Source: Mobula hypostoma (lineage: Eukaryota). From it: a stretch of 64,000 bases of DNA. The notes below the pieces were generated by a model that was given only the letters and a program-made list of their open reading frames with translations, did no database searches and was not told the origin of the DNA. The position numbers and the translations under genes were made by a program. Position 1 is the stretch's first letter. Every line of letters begins with the position of its first letter. The DNA lies in the NCBI RefSeq assembly GCF_963921235.1, contig NC_086097.1:101806001-101870000 (forward strand), read 5' to 3'. Shown piece after piece: positions 48,281 through 60,915 of the stretch.

Positions 48281-48629
48281 GATTGGAAATGCTGATGCAA
48301 ATTTGCATTTAGCAATGTCCCATAACTACTAACTCGAGTTAAAGAGTTAATCTGCTTCCTGATGTTGGTTAAAGACTATGAGCAAACGTAATGCAGCAGA
48401 CCACATCCCATGATATAACAAGACAAAACATTTACATCAAGACAAAGGAGAAGGTAGATGAAATAACAATAGATTATTTATTTGGTTGAATTTAAGGAGA
48501 TGCACAGTGAAGGAAAACTACACTTTGACATTAAAGGACCCTGAAAGATGTGGACTACTTCCCACATCATAGGAGCCTCCTCTTAGTGAAGATAGACATT
48601 GATGAGTAAATTGAATACTACCAACTGTG

Positions 48630-49075
48630 GTCAGCTGAAGAAAGGAATGTTTAAATGTCAAGTCCTCAGCACGGCACCAGGCTTGTGGTCCATGGAGGAG
48701 CAGTGATCCTGTGTGTTTGTGAGACCAGGACTACCAGACCCTCAAGACAGACAGAGATTACTAGGCAGAAGGAAGGATAGATTCAAGGATTTGCCCACTG
48801 CCTGCTTGAGAAAAAATGCAGCATCTCCACTAACCCCTGGGAACCTGCAGCACACAACTGCTCCAAGTGGACAGAGCAGTGGGTATGCTGTTGGGTCGTC
48901 TATGAGGAGTGCACAGAGCCCTGTGTAACCAATGAGAAAAGAGAATCACCTCGCAAACCATCCACTCACACACCAAGCCCTCTCTGGGAGAGTCAGCAGT
49001 TCCCACATTGGCTTCACCAGCCAACCTGAATAACTGGAGCAGAATTAGGTCATCTACTATCCCAAGGAACTGCCG
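48630..49075 (+). mobile_element. Degenerate RTE-like LINE 3' fragment
   Basis: GRRK.RFKD....L.K...W...A...SKW remnant typical of RTE C-termini. Confidence 0.5.
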
Positions 49076-50059
49076 AAGATTTTAAGGAGCATCCTGAAAG
49101 GGATGAGAAAGCTGAGCAAACGTGGTCCAGGGTCTCAGCCTCAGCAGTTGTAAGCACATTCAGTGCAAACAGAGGTTCCAGTAACAATGCAGAACTTGAG
49201 GAATGCAAAGATCATAAAGGACTGCAGGTCCAGGGAGGTCACAGAAATAGGGAGTTCAAAAATCACAAGGGGTTTGATAACAAGGAAGGTGGATGTTTAA
49301 ATCCAGGCACTGCTAAACGGGGAGATGAAGTGGGTTAGTGATAGCTGGACTGATGGCTACATGGAACCTGGTGCAAGTTACGCCAGCTTTTCCACAGGAC
49401 AGCTACAGAGGCTGGAGGTTAGAGCTGACCAACATGGCAGTGAAATAGCCAAGCTCTTTTGTGACACAAATACAGGCAATTGCTGCTTGAAGAAAGAGGA
49501 CACCAACACTTCAGCTACAGTCTATTTTGATGCACTAAGGGAGGACCCTGGGGTGGGGGGAGGTGAACAAACAATTTGCTGTAGGATAGGGGCAGTGTTT
49601 CAGCAAAACATCAGCAATTCCCTTCCCCCTACAGATGCTGCTTGATCCATTGAGTTCCTGCAACAGATTGTTGTTCCAGGTTCCAGTATCAGCTGCCTCT
49701 TGCTTCTTAATTGGGGATGAGGTTAGGTCTATGGAAAACATTACACTGCAGTGAGCAGAAAGTAATCCAAATCAAAACATCATTCACAACAGTATTTGGA
49801 AACAATACAAGAGTCTTTCAGCCAAGAAATGCAACAGACATCGACTTGGTCTGGTTATAAACTTGTATATAACAAAACATCTCCTTATTTACTCTCAACC
49901 AAAGGACTGTTACAACATGCCATAAAATTCCATGCCACCCCTGGCACCCATTTCTTCAGACATTCTTTGGCCATTAGCCCAGTCACTGCTTCACTGTTCA
50001 AGTGTCACTGAGCAAACCAAGTGATCACACCAAGCACCAGAAAGAACCAATTATCCAGT

Positions 50060-50220
50060 TGGCCCTTGTGGCTAAAGGGATCAGGGGGTATGGAGAGAAG
50101 GCAGGTACAGGGTTCTGAGTTGGATGATCAGCCATGATCATACTGAATGGCGGTGCAGGCTCGAAGGGCCGAATGGCCTACTCCTGCACCTATTTTCTAT
50201 GTTTCTAGTTTTCTATGTTT
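50060..50220 (+). mobile_element. CR1 extreme 3' fragment, same young family as 2694-3233
   Basis: KGIRGYGEKAGTGF*, intact 3' stem-loop and ttctatgtttcta tail. Confidence 0.88.
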
Positions 50221-50414
50221 TATCATTTGACTGCACCGTTAGGCTTTCTGCTGCTTATCGTTTGCCTACCTGTTCTATTTTGTTTTTACATTGACTACAT
50301 GTGAAAAGATTCCATTGGTAGGAGACACTTTGTGATGTTGTAGGATGAAAATAGGCAGTGTGCAAATCGAAATGCTTTCCCTTTCTGCCAGCAGCTGCCT
50401 TGATATGATTGGAG

Positions 50415-50703
50415 AATGTGGAATGCATCACCCAGCACGCAGAACGCAACACTCAGCATGTGGAATGCATCACCAGAACGTGGAACGCAACACCCTACAT
50501 GTGGAATGTATCACCACAACGTGGAACGCATCACCCTGCATGTGGAACACATCACCAGAAGGTGTAATGCATCACCTGTTCGTGGAATGCATCACCCAGC
50601 ACGTGAAACGCATCACCCAGCACGTAGAACGCATCACCCAGCACATAGAACGCATCACCCTGCACGTGAAACGCATCACCCTGAACGTGAAACACATCAC
50701 CAG
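50415..50703. repeat. 21-bp minisatellite, about 14 diverged copies (gtggaacgcatcacccagcac)
   Basis: Tandem periodicity. It produces the HVERIT-repeat ORFs. Confidence 0.9.
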
Positions 50704-51299
50704 TATGTACAACCAGGTTTCACTCAGATCTTGAGCTGAGCTCAGAGGTCAGTCTCCTGAGTCAGAAGAACAAATGAAAAGCAGCACGAAAGCCTATAGG
50801 ACTGGAAAAGCAGATTTAATTTGTGACTGCAATGATATTATAACCCAGTGACTGAGATTGGAAAGGGCTCCAAAGTTGAAAGCAACTTCCATTCAATAAT
50901 AAGATGTAAGAATCCATTAAAAACATTCTTATCAGCTATTATATGAAAATTAGATTCCTCTATTCAAAAGCAATGAGAGAAATTTACAAGAAAGGGTGTA
51001 AAATAGATTTTCCCATGGATCAGTTAAAATAAACATGATATTGCAATAGTCCCTCGACTAAACTCATATGATTCAATGGGTCACTGCAAGTTGGCCAGGA
51101 TGAGATACAGATAAACCATGAACCAACTCTATTGGGGAATAATATCCATCCCCCTATTTCTAAGAAACAGGCTGTAAACCTCTTTGGCTACAGGCTTGAG
51201 AACCTTCCCAAAATCTTCTTCAAGTCCAAAGGCACAGCAGAAAAAGAAAGGTTTTCTTCCTTCCACATCTGTGGAGGAAAATAAACAGGCTCAGACTCT

Positions 51300-51415
51300 T
51301 TGACTCAAAACATCGACTGTTTATTTCCCTCCACAGATGCTGCCTGACCTGCTGAGGTCCTCCAGCATCTTGTGTGTGTTGCTCAAGATTATCAACATCT
51401 GCAGAATCTCTTCTG
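51300..51415 (+). mobile_element. Solo PLE terminal fragment
   Basis: aaaacatcgactg...gatgctgcctgacctgctgag..tccagca...catctgcagaatctc. Confidence 0.7.
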
Positions 51416-52227
51416 TCTTTTTCCTTCCAAGTAAGTTTCCAATCACTGCAAAGTTCCCATCAATGAGAATAATTTGGTGACTTCGGTCAAAGCGCCCTTC
51501 TCATTGGAAACTATGATATCTCAGCAGCTGCACCAATTCTATTTTCAGAAGACATTGCTGAGGTTTCAAGATATTAGGAAAACTGACATTCATACTGTCC
51601 CTCAGGAACTTACAAAGTACTTAAGAGGAAGCACTTGTTTTGAAGTCTTGTCACTGGGGTGAATATTGGTCAGGACATCTTTTTTGGAATCTGTTCAGCT
51701 CATTTTGGGATTCTAGATTATTATCTTCTCAAAAAAATGGTGGAGGCACAGCACTCACACAGTGCCAGGCTGGGAGTGTTTCTTCTCAAACACCCAAGAG
51801 TAGGATTTGATCCCACTATCAGGTGGTTGAGTGGTAAGCTAGCTGTCTGCCTTGCAGGAGGCTGCTGCCATTTGAGCCTGGATCCCATGGTTAGAGTGAC
51901 TGAATTATGTCATGACAGGAGATGATTGAAAACTACCAGATTAATAAGATTCAACCAATTGATGAAGCAGGCAGCCAGCTCCTCATTCCTTAGCTGGTCA
52001 ATCTAGCCAATAGGCTCAGTACTCAATCATGTCATATTATAGCCACAGAGGACAGGCAGAGGCAACGAGTGATTCCAAGGAAGAAAACAATACTGGGGCA
52101 CTAAATTAACTGTAACAGCGGGGAAAATAACCTCAGGTCAAATCTTCATACATCAGAGCGCAGCTTAAATCATAACAGCAGCTGTGAGAAATAGAAGGTT
52201 TCAGAGCTCTGCATTCTTAGATTCCTT

Positions 52228-53715
52228 ATGCGTTCCTTAGATTCAGGATCAGTTCCTGAGGATTGGCGAATGGCTAACGTTATCCCACTTTTTAAGAAAG
52301 GAGGGAGGGAGAAAACAGAGAACTATTGCCCTGTTAGCCTAACATCAGTAGTGGGGAAGATGCTAAAGTCCATTATTAAAGATGAAATAGCGGCATATCT
52401 TGATAGCAGTGATAGGATTGGGCCGAGCCAGCATGGATTTACCAAGGGCAAATCATGCTTGACTAATCTATTGGAGTTTTTCGAGAATGTAACCAGGAAG
52501 ATAGATGTGGGAGATCCAGTGGATGTGGTGTACCTTGACTTTCAGAAGGCATTCGATAAGGTACCACATAGGAGACTGGTGGTGAAATCAGAGCTCATGG
52601 CATTGGGGGGAGGATATTGACATGGATAGAAAACTGGTTGGCAGATAGAAAGCAAAGGGTAGCTGTGAATGGGTGTTTCGCGGAATGGCAGGTGGTGACT
52701 AGTGGGGTGCCACAGGGCTCGGTATTGGGACCACAGTTGTTTACCATTTACGTCAATGATTTAGAGGAAGGCATTGTGAATAACATCAGCAAGTTTGCTG
52801 ATGATACTAAGCTGGGTGGCAGTGTGACTTGTGATGAGGATGTTAGGAGAATTCAAGGTGACTTGGATAGGCTGGGTGAGTGGGCAGAAACTTGGCAGAT
52901 GGCGTTTAATGTGAATAAGTGTGAGGTTATTCACTTTGGGAGCAAGAACAGGAAGGCAGATTATTATCTGAACGGTGTGGAGTTAGGTAAGGGAGAAATA
53001 CAAAGAGATCTAGGAGTACTTGTTCATCAGTCTCTGAAGGTGAATGAGCAAGTGCAGCAGGCAGTGAAGAAGGCTAATGGAATGTTGGCCTTTATTACAA
53101 AGGGTATTGAGTACAAGAGCAAGGAAATCCTTTTGCATTTGTACAGGGCCCTGGTGAGACCACACCTGGAGTATTGTGTGCAGTTTTGGTCTCCAGGGTT
53201 AAGGAAGGACATCCTGGCTGTGGAGGAGGTGCAGTGTAGGTTCACTAGGTTAATTCCTGGGATGTCCGGACTGTCTTATGCAGAGAGGTTAGAGAGACTG
53301 GGCTTGTACACGCTGGAATTAAGTAGATTGAGGGGGGATCTGATTGAGACATATAAGATTATTAAGGGATTGGACAAGATAGAGGCAGGAAATATGTTCC
53401 AGACGCTGGGAGAGTCCAGTACCAGAGGGCGTGGTTTAAGAATAAGGGGTAGGTCATTTAGGACAGAGTTGAGGAGGAACTTCTTCTCCCAGGGAGTTGT
53501 GGAGGTGTGGAACGCGCTGCCTCAGAAGGCAGTGGAGGCCAATTCTCTGGATGCTTTCAAGAAGGAGCTAGATAGGTATCTTATGGATAGGGGAATCAAA
53601 GGTTATGGGGACAAGGCAGGAACCGGGTATTGATAGTAGATGATGAGCCATGATCTCAGAATGGCGGTGCAGGCTCGAAGGGCCGAATGGTCTACTTCTG
53701 CACCTATTGTCTATT
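52228..53715 (+). mobile_element. Young 5'-truncated CR1 with nearly intact RT
   Basis: ORFs 52228..52620 and 52617..53633 (one frameshift near 52580) cover the whole RT domain. The 3' stem-loop follows. Confidence 0.95.
52617..53633 (+). CDS. CR1 ORF2 reverse transcriptase, C-terminal 338 aa
   Basis: SGVPQGSVLGPQLFTIYVNDL, SKFADDTKL, LYRALVRPHLEYCVQFWSP. Confidence 0.8.
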   Translation: MTWIENWLADRKQRVAVNGCFAEWQVVTSGVPQGSVLGPQLFTIYVNDLEEGIVNNISKFADDTKLGGSVTCDEDVRRIQGDLDRLGEWAETWQMAFNVNKCEVIHFGSKNRKADYYLNGVELGKGEIQRDLGVLVHQSLKVNEQVQQAVKKANGMLAFITKGIEYKSKEILLHLYRALVRPHLEYCVQFWSPGLRKDILAVEEVQCRFTRLIPGMSGLSYAERLERLGLYTLELSRLRGDLIETYKIIKGLDKIEAGNMFQTLGESSTRGRGLRIRGRSFRTELRRNFFSQGVVEVWNALPQKAVEANSLDAFKKELDRYLMDRGIKGYGDKAGTGY

Positions 53716-53904
53716 CACACTACTCCAGCATCATGCAAACCCACAAGCCACTCCTCTATACTTTCGTGCCCGTCCTCTCTAGTCTTCCCCACCAGTTTCA
53801 AACATCCCCTCACTAAACCTTTCCTGCCTCTCCTTCTCTAGCTAAGTGTTTGGCCACTAAGCCTAATCATCTTCGATATACTCTAATTATAATACCTCTT
53901 CTCA

Positions 53905-54310
53905 CTCCTGCTAACAGGCAGAAGGTACAGGAGCCTCAGGACTCGCTCCACCAGGTTCAGGAACAGTTACTACCCCTCAACCATCAGGCTCCTGAACCAG
54001 TGGGGATAACTTCATTCAACTTCACTTGCCCCATCACTGAAATATTCCCACACCTGTACAAACTTTCAAGGACTCTTCCATCTCATGTTCTCGATATTTA
54101 TTGCTTATTTATTTATTTATTTTTGTGCTTGCACAGTTGTTGTCTTTTCCATACTGGCTGAACGCCCAAGATTGGTGCGATCTTTCATTGATTCTATTAT
54201 GGTTATTATTCTATTATGGATTTATTGAGTATGCCCACAAGAAAATGAATCTCAGGGTTATACATGGTGACATATCTGTACTTTGATAATAATTTTACGT
54301 TGAACTTTGA
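53905..54310 (+). mobile_element. Rex1-like 3' end fragment
   Basis: GRRYRSLRT..TRFRNSYYPSTIRLLN followed by a 3' UTR with a tgaactttga tail. Confidence 0.7.
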
Positions 54311-54384
54311 AGGTCTTTGGGATAAAGACCATACAAGATACAAACAGAGGTGAGAAACAGGCTGGTTTCCATCTTGCTGCTCTA

Positions 54385-54945
54385 CGAGATTTACTTGTCC
54401 CTGATGGTGAGGACGTGGATGTGGTGAGAGGACCTACAAGTACTTGGAGGTGCAGCTGGATGACAGACTTATGGAGCAACAACACAGGCTGTGTACGAGA
54501 AGGGCCAGAGTCGCCTCCACTTCCTGAGGAGACTGAGGTCCTTAGGAGTATGCAGGCCTCTCCTTCACATGTTCTACCAGTCTGTTGTCACCAGTACAAT
54601 CTTCTATGTTGTGGTGTGCTGGGGCAATGGCATCAATATGGGTGATGCCAACAGGCTCAATGAACTGATTAGAAAGGCTGGCTCTGTTATAGGAGTCAAA
54701 CTGGACACACTGGAGGCTGTGGTAGAACAAAGGACCCTACAGAAAATCCTGGCAATTCTGGACAATGTTTCTCACCGTCTGCATGCCACCTTGGCTAAAC
54801 AGAGGAGCACTTTTAGTAATCGACTAAGATAACTGCCCTTCTCCAAAGAGCATTATATGAGGTCATTCTTACCCTCGGCCATTAGGCTCTATAATGAATC
54901 AACCTATAGCCAGGGAAGTGATGACCCCTCCTGTTAGACTGTTAT
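54385..54945 (+). mobile_element. Rex1/Babar-like RT C-terminal fragment
   Basis: ORF 54491..54832 KGQSRLHFLRRLRS..FYQSVV.S..FY.VVCWG. Confidence 0.8.
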
Positions 54946-55692
54946 TAGCCTCTGTTTATCACAGCCTGCTATCGTGGACATCCTGTACAATACCACCCAG
55001 GACATGCTACCATTTGGGAGGAGGAGCCCATATCAATGAATCCACATCAAAGCACCTTCTTTCCCTCACCATCAGATTTCAGAATAGTCCACAAGTCCAT
55101 TAATATTACCTTGTTACTCCTTTCTTTTGTAATTTGTGGTAATTTTATGTCTTTGCACCTGCCTTGCTAATCCAACCTCAAATCAAGAATGGAAACAGAG
55201 ATAAAGAGTAGATCTGAAAGATTACATTGCAATACAAGAAAATGATGATGAGTAACTTTAAAAAAATAATTAAACCTGAATATATGCAATTTTAAACTTG
55301 TAGTTTAAATTTCATAAACAATCATCACTAATCACTTAGCAACACGCAAAGCACTGGAAGAACTCAGCTGCATTTATGGAGGGAAATGGACAGTCAGCAT
55401 CTTGGATCGAGGTTTAAATGCATTCCAGAATAAGGATCTCAACCCAAAATATCAACTGTTTATCTCTTTCCAGAAATGCTCCTGGCCCGAGTTTCTCCAG
55501 CACTTCTTGTATTGCTCCAAATTCCAGCATCTGCAGTCTCTTCAGTCGATCACTCTTTCAGTCAGAGAACTACAACAGTATTTGTCTAAACATTTACATT
55601 AGATTTGGTCTATATCTAAGAGATTCACAAAGAAAAACAAAATGCTTTGCCAATCAGGTGGTATCTGTGGACAGAGTAAACCAGGGATGTAT

Positions 55693-55820
55693 GACGAAGG
55701 GTCTCGGCCTGAAACGTCGACTGTACCTCTTCCTAGAGATGCTGCCTGGCCTGCTGAGTTCACCAGCAACTTTGATGTGTGTTGCTTGAATTCCCAGCAT
55801 CTGCAGAATTCCTGTTGTTT
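55693..55820 (+). mobile_element. 128-bp PLE 3' terminus truncated inside the hammerhead core
   Basis: (t)gacgaagggtctcggcctgaaacgtcgact...cctgttgtt. 7-bp TSD gatgtat (55686-55692, 55821-55827). Confidence 0.85.
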
Positions 55821-56309
55821 GATGTATTCCACCTCAATTCCCATTCCTCAGGACTCTGATGATGGAACCAAGAAATAAAAATATTCTCTCTGTTTCACTC
55901 TCTCCACAGATGTTGCCTGACCTACTGAGTATCTCCAGCCCTCTCCAGTATCTGCAATACTTTCCTGCTAAACTACAACCTTTATGCATTTCAATACAGA
56001 GCCAAACAGAGAGATAGTCTTTTTTCTGAAGCTGATGGTGGAATGGAGAACTCAGCCATTACTTTTGAAAGTATGTATCTCAAGTTGCGATACCACTTGC
56101 CCATAAAAATTCCCCAGAGAGCAGGAGACCCGGGGGTTTATCTTATAGACCTGTATAAGTTAAGGGGGGTATACATAGGCAGAACACTTCTCCCCCAGGG
56201 AAACAAAATCCAAACCTGGAGGGCATATGCTTAATATTTTAATATTAACCTTATCTGCCACATATACATTGAAACATATGGTGAAATGCGTAGTTTGTGT
56301 CAAATAATA

Positions 56310-59300
56310 GGCACAATAGTAGCATAGGAGTTAGCACAACGCTATTACAGCTCGGGTGTCAGAGTTCAATTCCGACCTCCTCCCAGTGGAATGCATGGGT
56401 TTTCTCCGGGTGTTCTGGTTTTCTCCCACAGACCAAAGACGTATTAGTTCATTAGGTAATTGGTTACATAGAAACATAGAAAACCAACAGCACAGTACAG
56501 GCCCTTCGGCCCACAATCCTTACCTTAAAGATTACCTAGAGTTACCCATAACCCTCTATTTTTCTAATCCAGGAGTCTCTTAAAAGACCCTATCGTACCC
56601 ATCTCCACCACCATCGCCAGCAGCCCATTCCACGCACTCACCATTCTCTGCGTGAAACAACTTAGCCCTGACATCTCCTCTGTACCTACTTCCAAGCACC
56701 TTAAAACTGTGCCCTCTCATGATAGCCAGTTCAGCCCTGGGAAAAAGCCTCTGACTATCCACACGATCAATGCCTCTCATTATCTTGTACACCTCTATCA
56801 GGTCACCTTTCATCCTCCATCGCTCCAAGGAGAAAAGGCCAGGTTCACTCAACCTATTCTCATAAGGCATGCTCCCCCAATCCAGGCAACATCCTTGGAA
56901 ATCTCCTCTGCACCCTTTCTATAGTTTCCACATCCTTCCTGTAGTGAGGTGACCAGAACTGAGCACAGTACTCCAAGTAGGGTCTGACCAGGGTCCTACA
57001 TAGCTTTAACATTACCTCTTGGCTCTTGAACTCAATTCCATGGTTGCTGAAGGCCAATGCCAACACACCGTAACCACAGAGTCAACCTGCGCAGCAGCTT
57101 TGAGTGTCCTATGGACTCGGACCCCAAGATCCCTCTGATCCTCCGCACTGCCAAGAGCCTTACCATTAATACTATATTCTGCCATCATACTTGACCTACC
57201 AAAATGAACCACCTCACACTTATCTGGGTTAAACTCCATCAGCCACTTCTCAGCCCAGTTTTGCATCCCATCAATGTCCCATTGTAACCTCTGACAGCCC
57301 TCCCCACTTTCCACAACACCCCCAACCTTTGTGTCATCAGAAAATTTACTAACCCATCCCTCTACTTCCTCATCCAGGTCATTTATAAAAATCACAAAAA
57401 GTAGGGGTCCCAGAACAGATCCCTGAGACACACCACTGGTCACCAACCTCCACGCAGAATATGACTCGTCTACAACCACTCTTTGCCTTCTGTGGGCAAG
57501 CCAGTTCTGGATCCACAAAGCAATGTCCCCTTGGATCCCATGCCTCCTTACTTTCTCAATAAGCCTTACATGGGGTACCTTATCAAATACCTTGCTAAAA
57601 TCCATATACACTACATCTACTGTTCTTCCTTCATCAGTGTGTTTAGTCACATCCTCAAAAAACTCAATCAGGCTCGTAAGGCACGACCTGCCTTTAGCAA
57701 AGCCATGCTGACTATTTCTAATCATATTATGCCTCTCCAAATATCATAAATCCTGCCTCTCAGGATCTTTTCAATCAACTTACCAACCACTGAAGTAAGA
57801 CTCACTGGTCTATAATTTCCTGGGCTATCTCTACTTCCTTTCTGGAATAAGGGAACAACATCGGCAACCTTCTAATCCTCTGGAACCTCTCCCGTCCCCA
57901 TTGATGCAAAGATCATTGCCAGAGGCTCAGCAATCTTTTCCCTTGCCTCCCACAGCAGCCTGTGGTACATCTCATCTGGTCCCGGCAACTTATCCAACTT
58001 GATGCTTTCCAAAAGCTCCAGTACATCCTCTTTCTTAATATCTACATGCTCAAGCTTTTCAGTCCGCTGCAAGTCATCCCTACAATCGCCAAGATTCTTT
58101 TCCGTAGTGAATAATGAAGCAAAGTATTCAGTAAGTACGTCTGCTACCTCCTCAGGTTCCATACACTGTCACTGTCCACTGTCACACTTGATTGGTCCTA
58201 TTCTCTCACATCTTATCCTCTTGGTCTTCACATAATTGTAAAATGCCTTGGGGTTTTCCTTAATCCTGTCCGCCAAGGCCTTCTCATGGCCCCTTCTGGC
58301 TCTCCTAATTTTATTCTTAAACTCCTTCTTGCTAGCCTTATACTTTCCTAGATCTCTATCACTACCTAGTTTTTTGAACCTTTCGTAAGCTTTTCTTTTC
58401 TTCTTGACTAGATTTACAACAGCCTTTGTACACCACAGTTCCTGTACCCTACCATCCTTTCTATGTCTCATTGGAACATACCTATGCAGAACACCATGCA
58501 AATATCCCCTGAACATTTGCCACATTTCTGCCGTACGTTTCCCTGAGAATATCCGTTCCCAATTTATGCTTCCAAGTTCCTGACTGATAGCTTCATATTT
58601 CCCCTTACTTCAATTAAATGCTTTCCTAACTTGTCTGTTCCTATCCCTCGCCAATGTAATAGTAAAGGAGATAGAATTGTGATCACTATCTCCAAAATGC
58701 TCTCCCACTGTGAGATCTGACACCCACCCAGGTTCATTTCCCAATACCAGATCAAGTACAGACTCTCCTCTTGCAGGCTCATCTATATATTGTGTCAGGA
58801 AACCTTCCTGAACACACCTAACAAACTTTACCCCATCTAAATCCCTTGCTCTAGGGAAATGCCAATCAATATTTGGGAAATTAAAATCTCCCACCATGAC
58901 AACCCTGTTATTATTACACCCTTCTAGAATCTGTCTCCCTGTCTGCTCCTTGAGTCTCTGTTACTATTAGGTGATGCATAAAAAACACCCAGTAGAGTTA
59001 TTGACCCCTTCTTATTTCTAACTTCCACCCACAGAGACTCAGTAGACAATCCCTCCATGTCTTCCTCCTTTTCTGCAGCTGTGACACCATCTCTGATCAG
59101 CAGTGCCATGCCCCACCTCTCTTGCCTCCCTCCCTGTCCTTTCTGAAACATCTAAAGCCTGGCACTCTAAGTAACCATTCCTGCCCCTGAGCCATCCAAG
59201 TCTCTGTAATGGCCACAACATCATAGCTCCAAGTACTGATCCATGTTCTAAGCTCATCTGCTTTGTTCATTATGCTTTCTGCATTAAAATAGACACATCT

Positions 59301-60650
59301 CAAACCATCAGTCTGAGTGCATTCCGTCTCTATCACCTGCCTATCCTCCCTCTCACACTGCCTACAAGCTTTCTCTGTTTGTGAGCCATCTCTTCAGGTC
59401 GGTTCCCACCCCCAGCAATTGTAGTTTAAACTCTTCCCAATAGCCTTAGCAAACCTCCCTGTCAGGACGTTGGTCCCCTTCGGATTCAAGTGCAACCCAT
59501 CCTTTTTGTACAGGTGACGCCTGCCCCAAAAGAAGTCCCAATGATCCAGAAATCTGAATCCCTGCCCCCTGCTCCAATCCCTCAGCCACACATTTATCCT
59601 CCACCTCATTCTATTCCTATACTCACTGTCACGTGGCACAGGCAGCAATCCCGAGATTACTACCTTTGAGGTCCTGCTTCTCAACTTCCTTCCTAACTCC
59701 CTATAGTCTGTTTTCAGGACCTCCTCCCTTTTCCTACCTACGTCGTTGGTACCAATATGTACCACGACCTCTGGCTGTTCACCTTCCCACTTCAGGGTAT
59801 CAGGGACACGATCAGAAACATCCACACCCTGGCACCTGGGAGGCAAACTACCATCCGTGTTTCTTTCCTGTGTCCATAGAATCGCCTGTCTGATCCCCTA
59901 ACTATAGAGTCCCCTATCACTGCTGCCATCCTCTTCCTTTCCCTACCCTTCTGAGCCACAGGGCTAGACTTTGTGCTAGAGGCACGGCCACTGTTACCTT
60001 CCCCAGGTAGGCTGTGTCCCCCCCCCCCCACAACAGTACTCAAACAGGAGTACTTATTGTTAAGGGGACAGCCACAGGGGTACCCTGTAGTATCTGACTC
60101 TTGCCCTTCCCTCTCCTGTTACCCACTCTCTGTCCCCCGAGGCCCCGATGTGACTACCTGCCTATAGCTCCTCTATCACGTTCTCACTTTCCCTGACCAG
60201 ACTAAGGTCATCGAGCTGCATCTCCAGTTCCCTCACCCAGTCCCTAAGGAGCTGCAGCTCGACTCACCTAGTGCAGATGTGGCCATCTGGGAGGCTGGGA
60301 GTCTCCCGGACTTCCCACATCTGACACCCAGCACAGAACACCAGCCTCACAGACATACTTCCTGTTTCTATTCCTCACGGGTAACTTACCTCACCTCATC
60401 CTGTTATTGCCAAAGCCCGAATGAGCCAAAGCCTCAGATCACTCCGTTGATGTCCACTCCGCTAGGCCGTGTCTCCCTTTCATGCTTCAACCTTCCCTGC
60501 TATTTAACTCATGATTGGTGCTCTGGTTATAGCTGCTGATAGGCCATGTATGATGGTTGTTGTAAATTGTCCTTTGATTAGACTAGGATTAAATCAGGGG
60601 CTGTTCAAGGGCCAGAAGAAATTATCCTGTGCGTATCTAAAAACTAAATG
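56310..60650 (+). mobile_element. tRNA-derived V-SINE/HE1-like SINE in two pieces (about 56310-56465 and 60556-60650) split by a CR1
   Basis: B-box-like agttcaattcc and V-domain tgggttttctccgggtgttctggttttctcccacagaccaaagac. Continues as ttgtaaattgtcc..gattag after the CR1. Confidence 0.65.
56466..60500 (-). mobile_element. Near full-length CR1 LINE (ORF1 esterase and ORF2 APE-RT), frameshifted
   Basis: Consecutive minus ORFs 59792..60043, 59394..59846 (HIGTND, DGLHLN), 59097..59336 (YFNA.SI..AITETW), 58610..58897, 57012..57740 (RT core) and 56580..56870. acatagaaacatagaa tail. Confidence 0.93.
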
Positions 60651-60664
60651 TTCAATAAACAAAT

Positions 60665-60915
60665 CAATTAAATCCATTACAACTGGGCAGCCCGCAAGAG
60701 TTGTCGTGCTTTTGTCACCAACATAGCATGCCCACAGCTGGCCAATCCTACCTGTACGTCTTTGGAATGTGGGAGGAAACCAGAGCACCCAGAGGAAACC
60801 TGCGCAGTCACAGGGAGAAGATACAAACTCCTTACAGACAGCATTGGGAACTGAACCCCAACCGGTGATCATTCGCACTGTAAAGCAATAGACCACTGCT
60901 ACACTGCCGTGCCAC
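60665..60915 (-). mobile_element. tRNA-derived V-SINE/HE1-like SINE
   Basis: Minus strand ggcacggcagtgtagcagtgg (A box), ggttcagttccc (B box), ggtttcctctgggtgctctggtttcctcccacattccaaagac (V domain). Confidence 0.75.

Noticed and set aside
50345..50739. His-rich repeat protein ORFs (HVERITQ)n
   Set aside because: The 21-bp minisatellite is open in several frames simply because the unit is a multiple of 3. No splice or homology support.
60860..60915. tRNA gene
   Set aside because: Only A/B-box remnants heading a SINE. No cloverleaf could be built.
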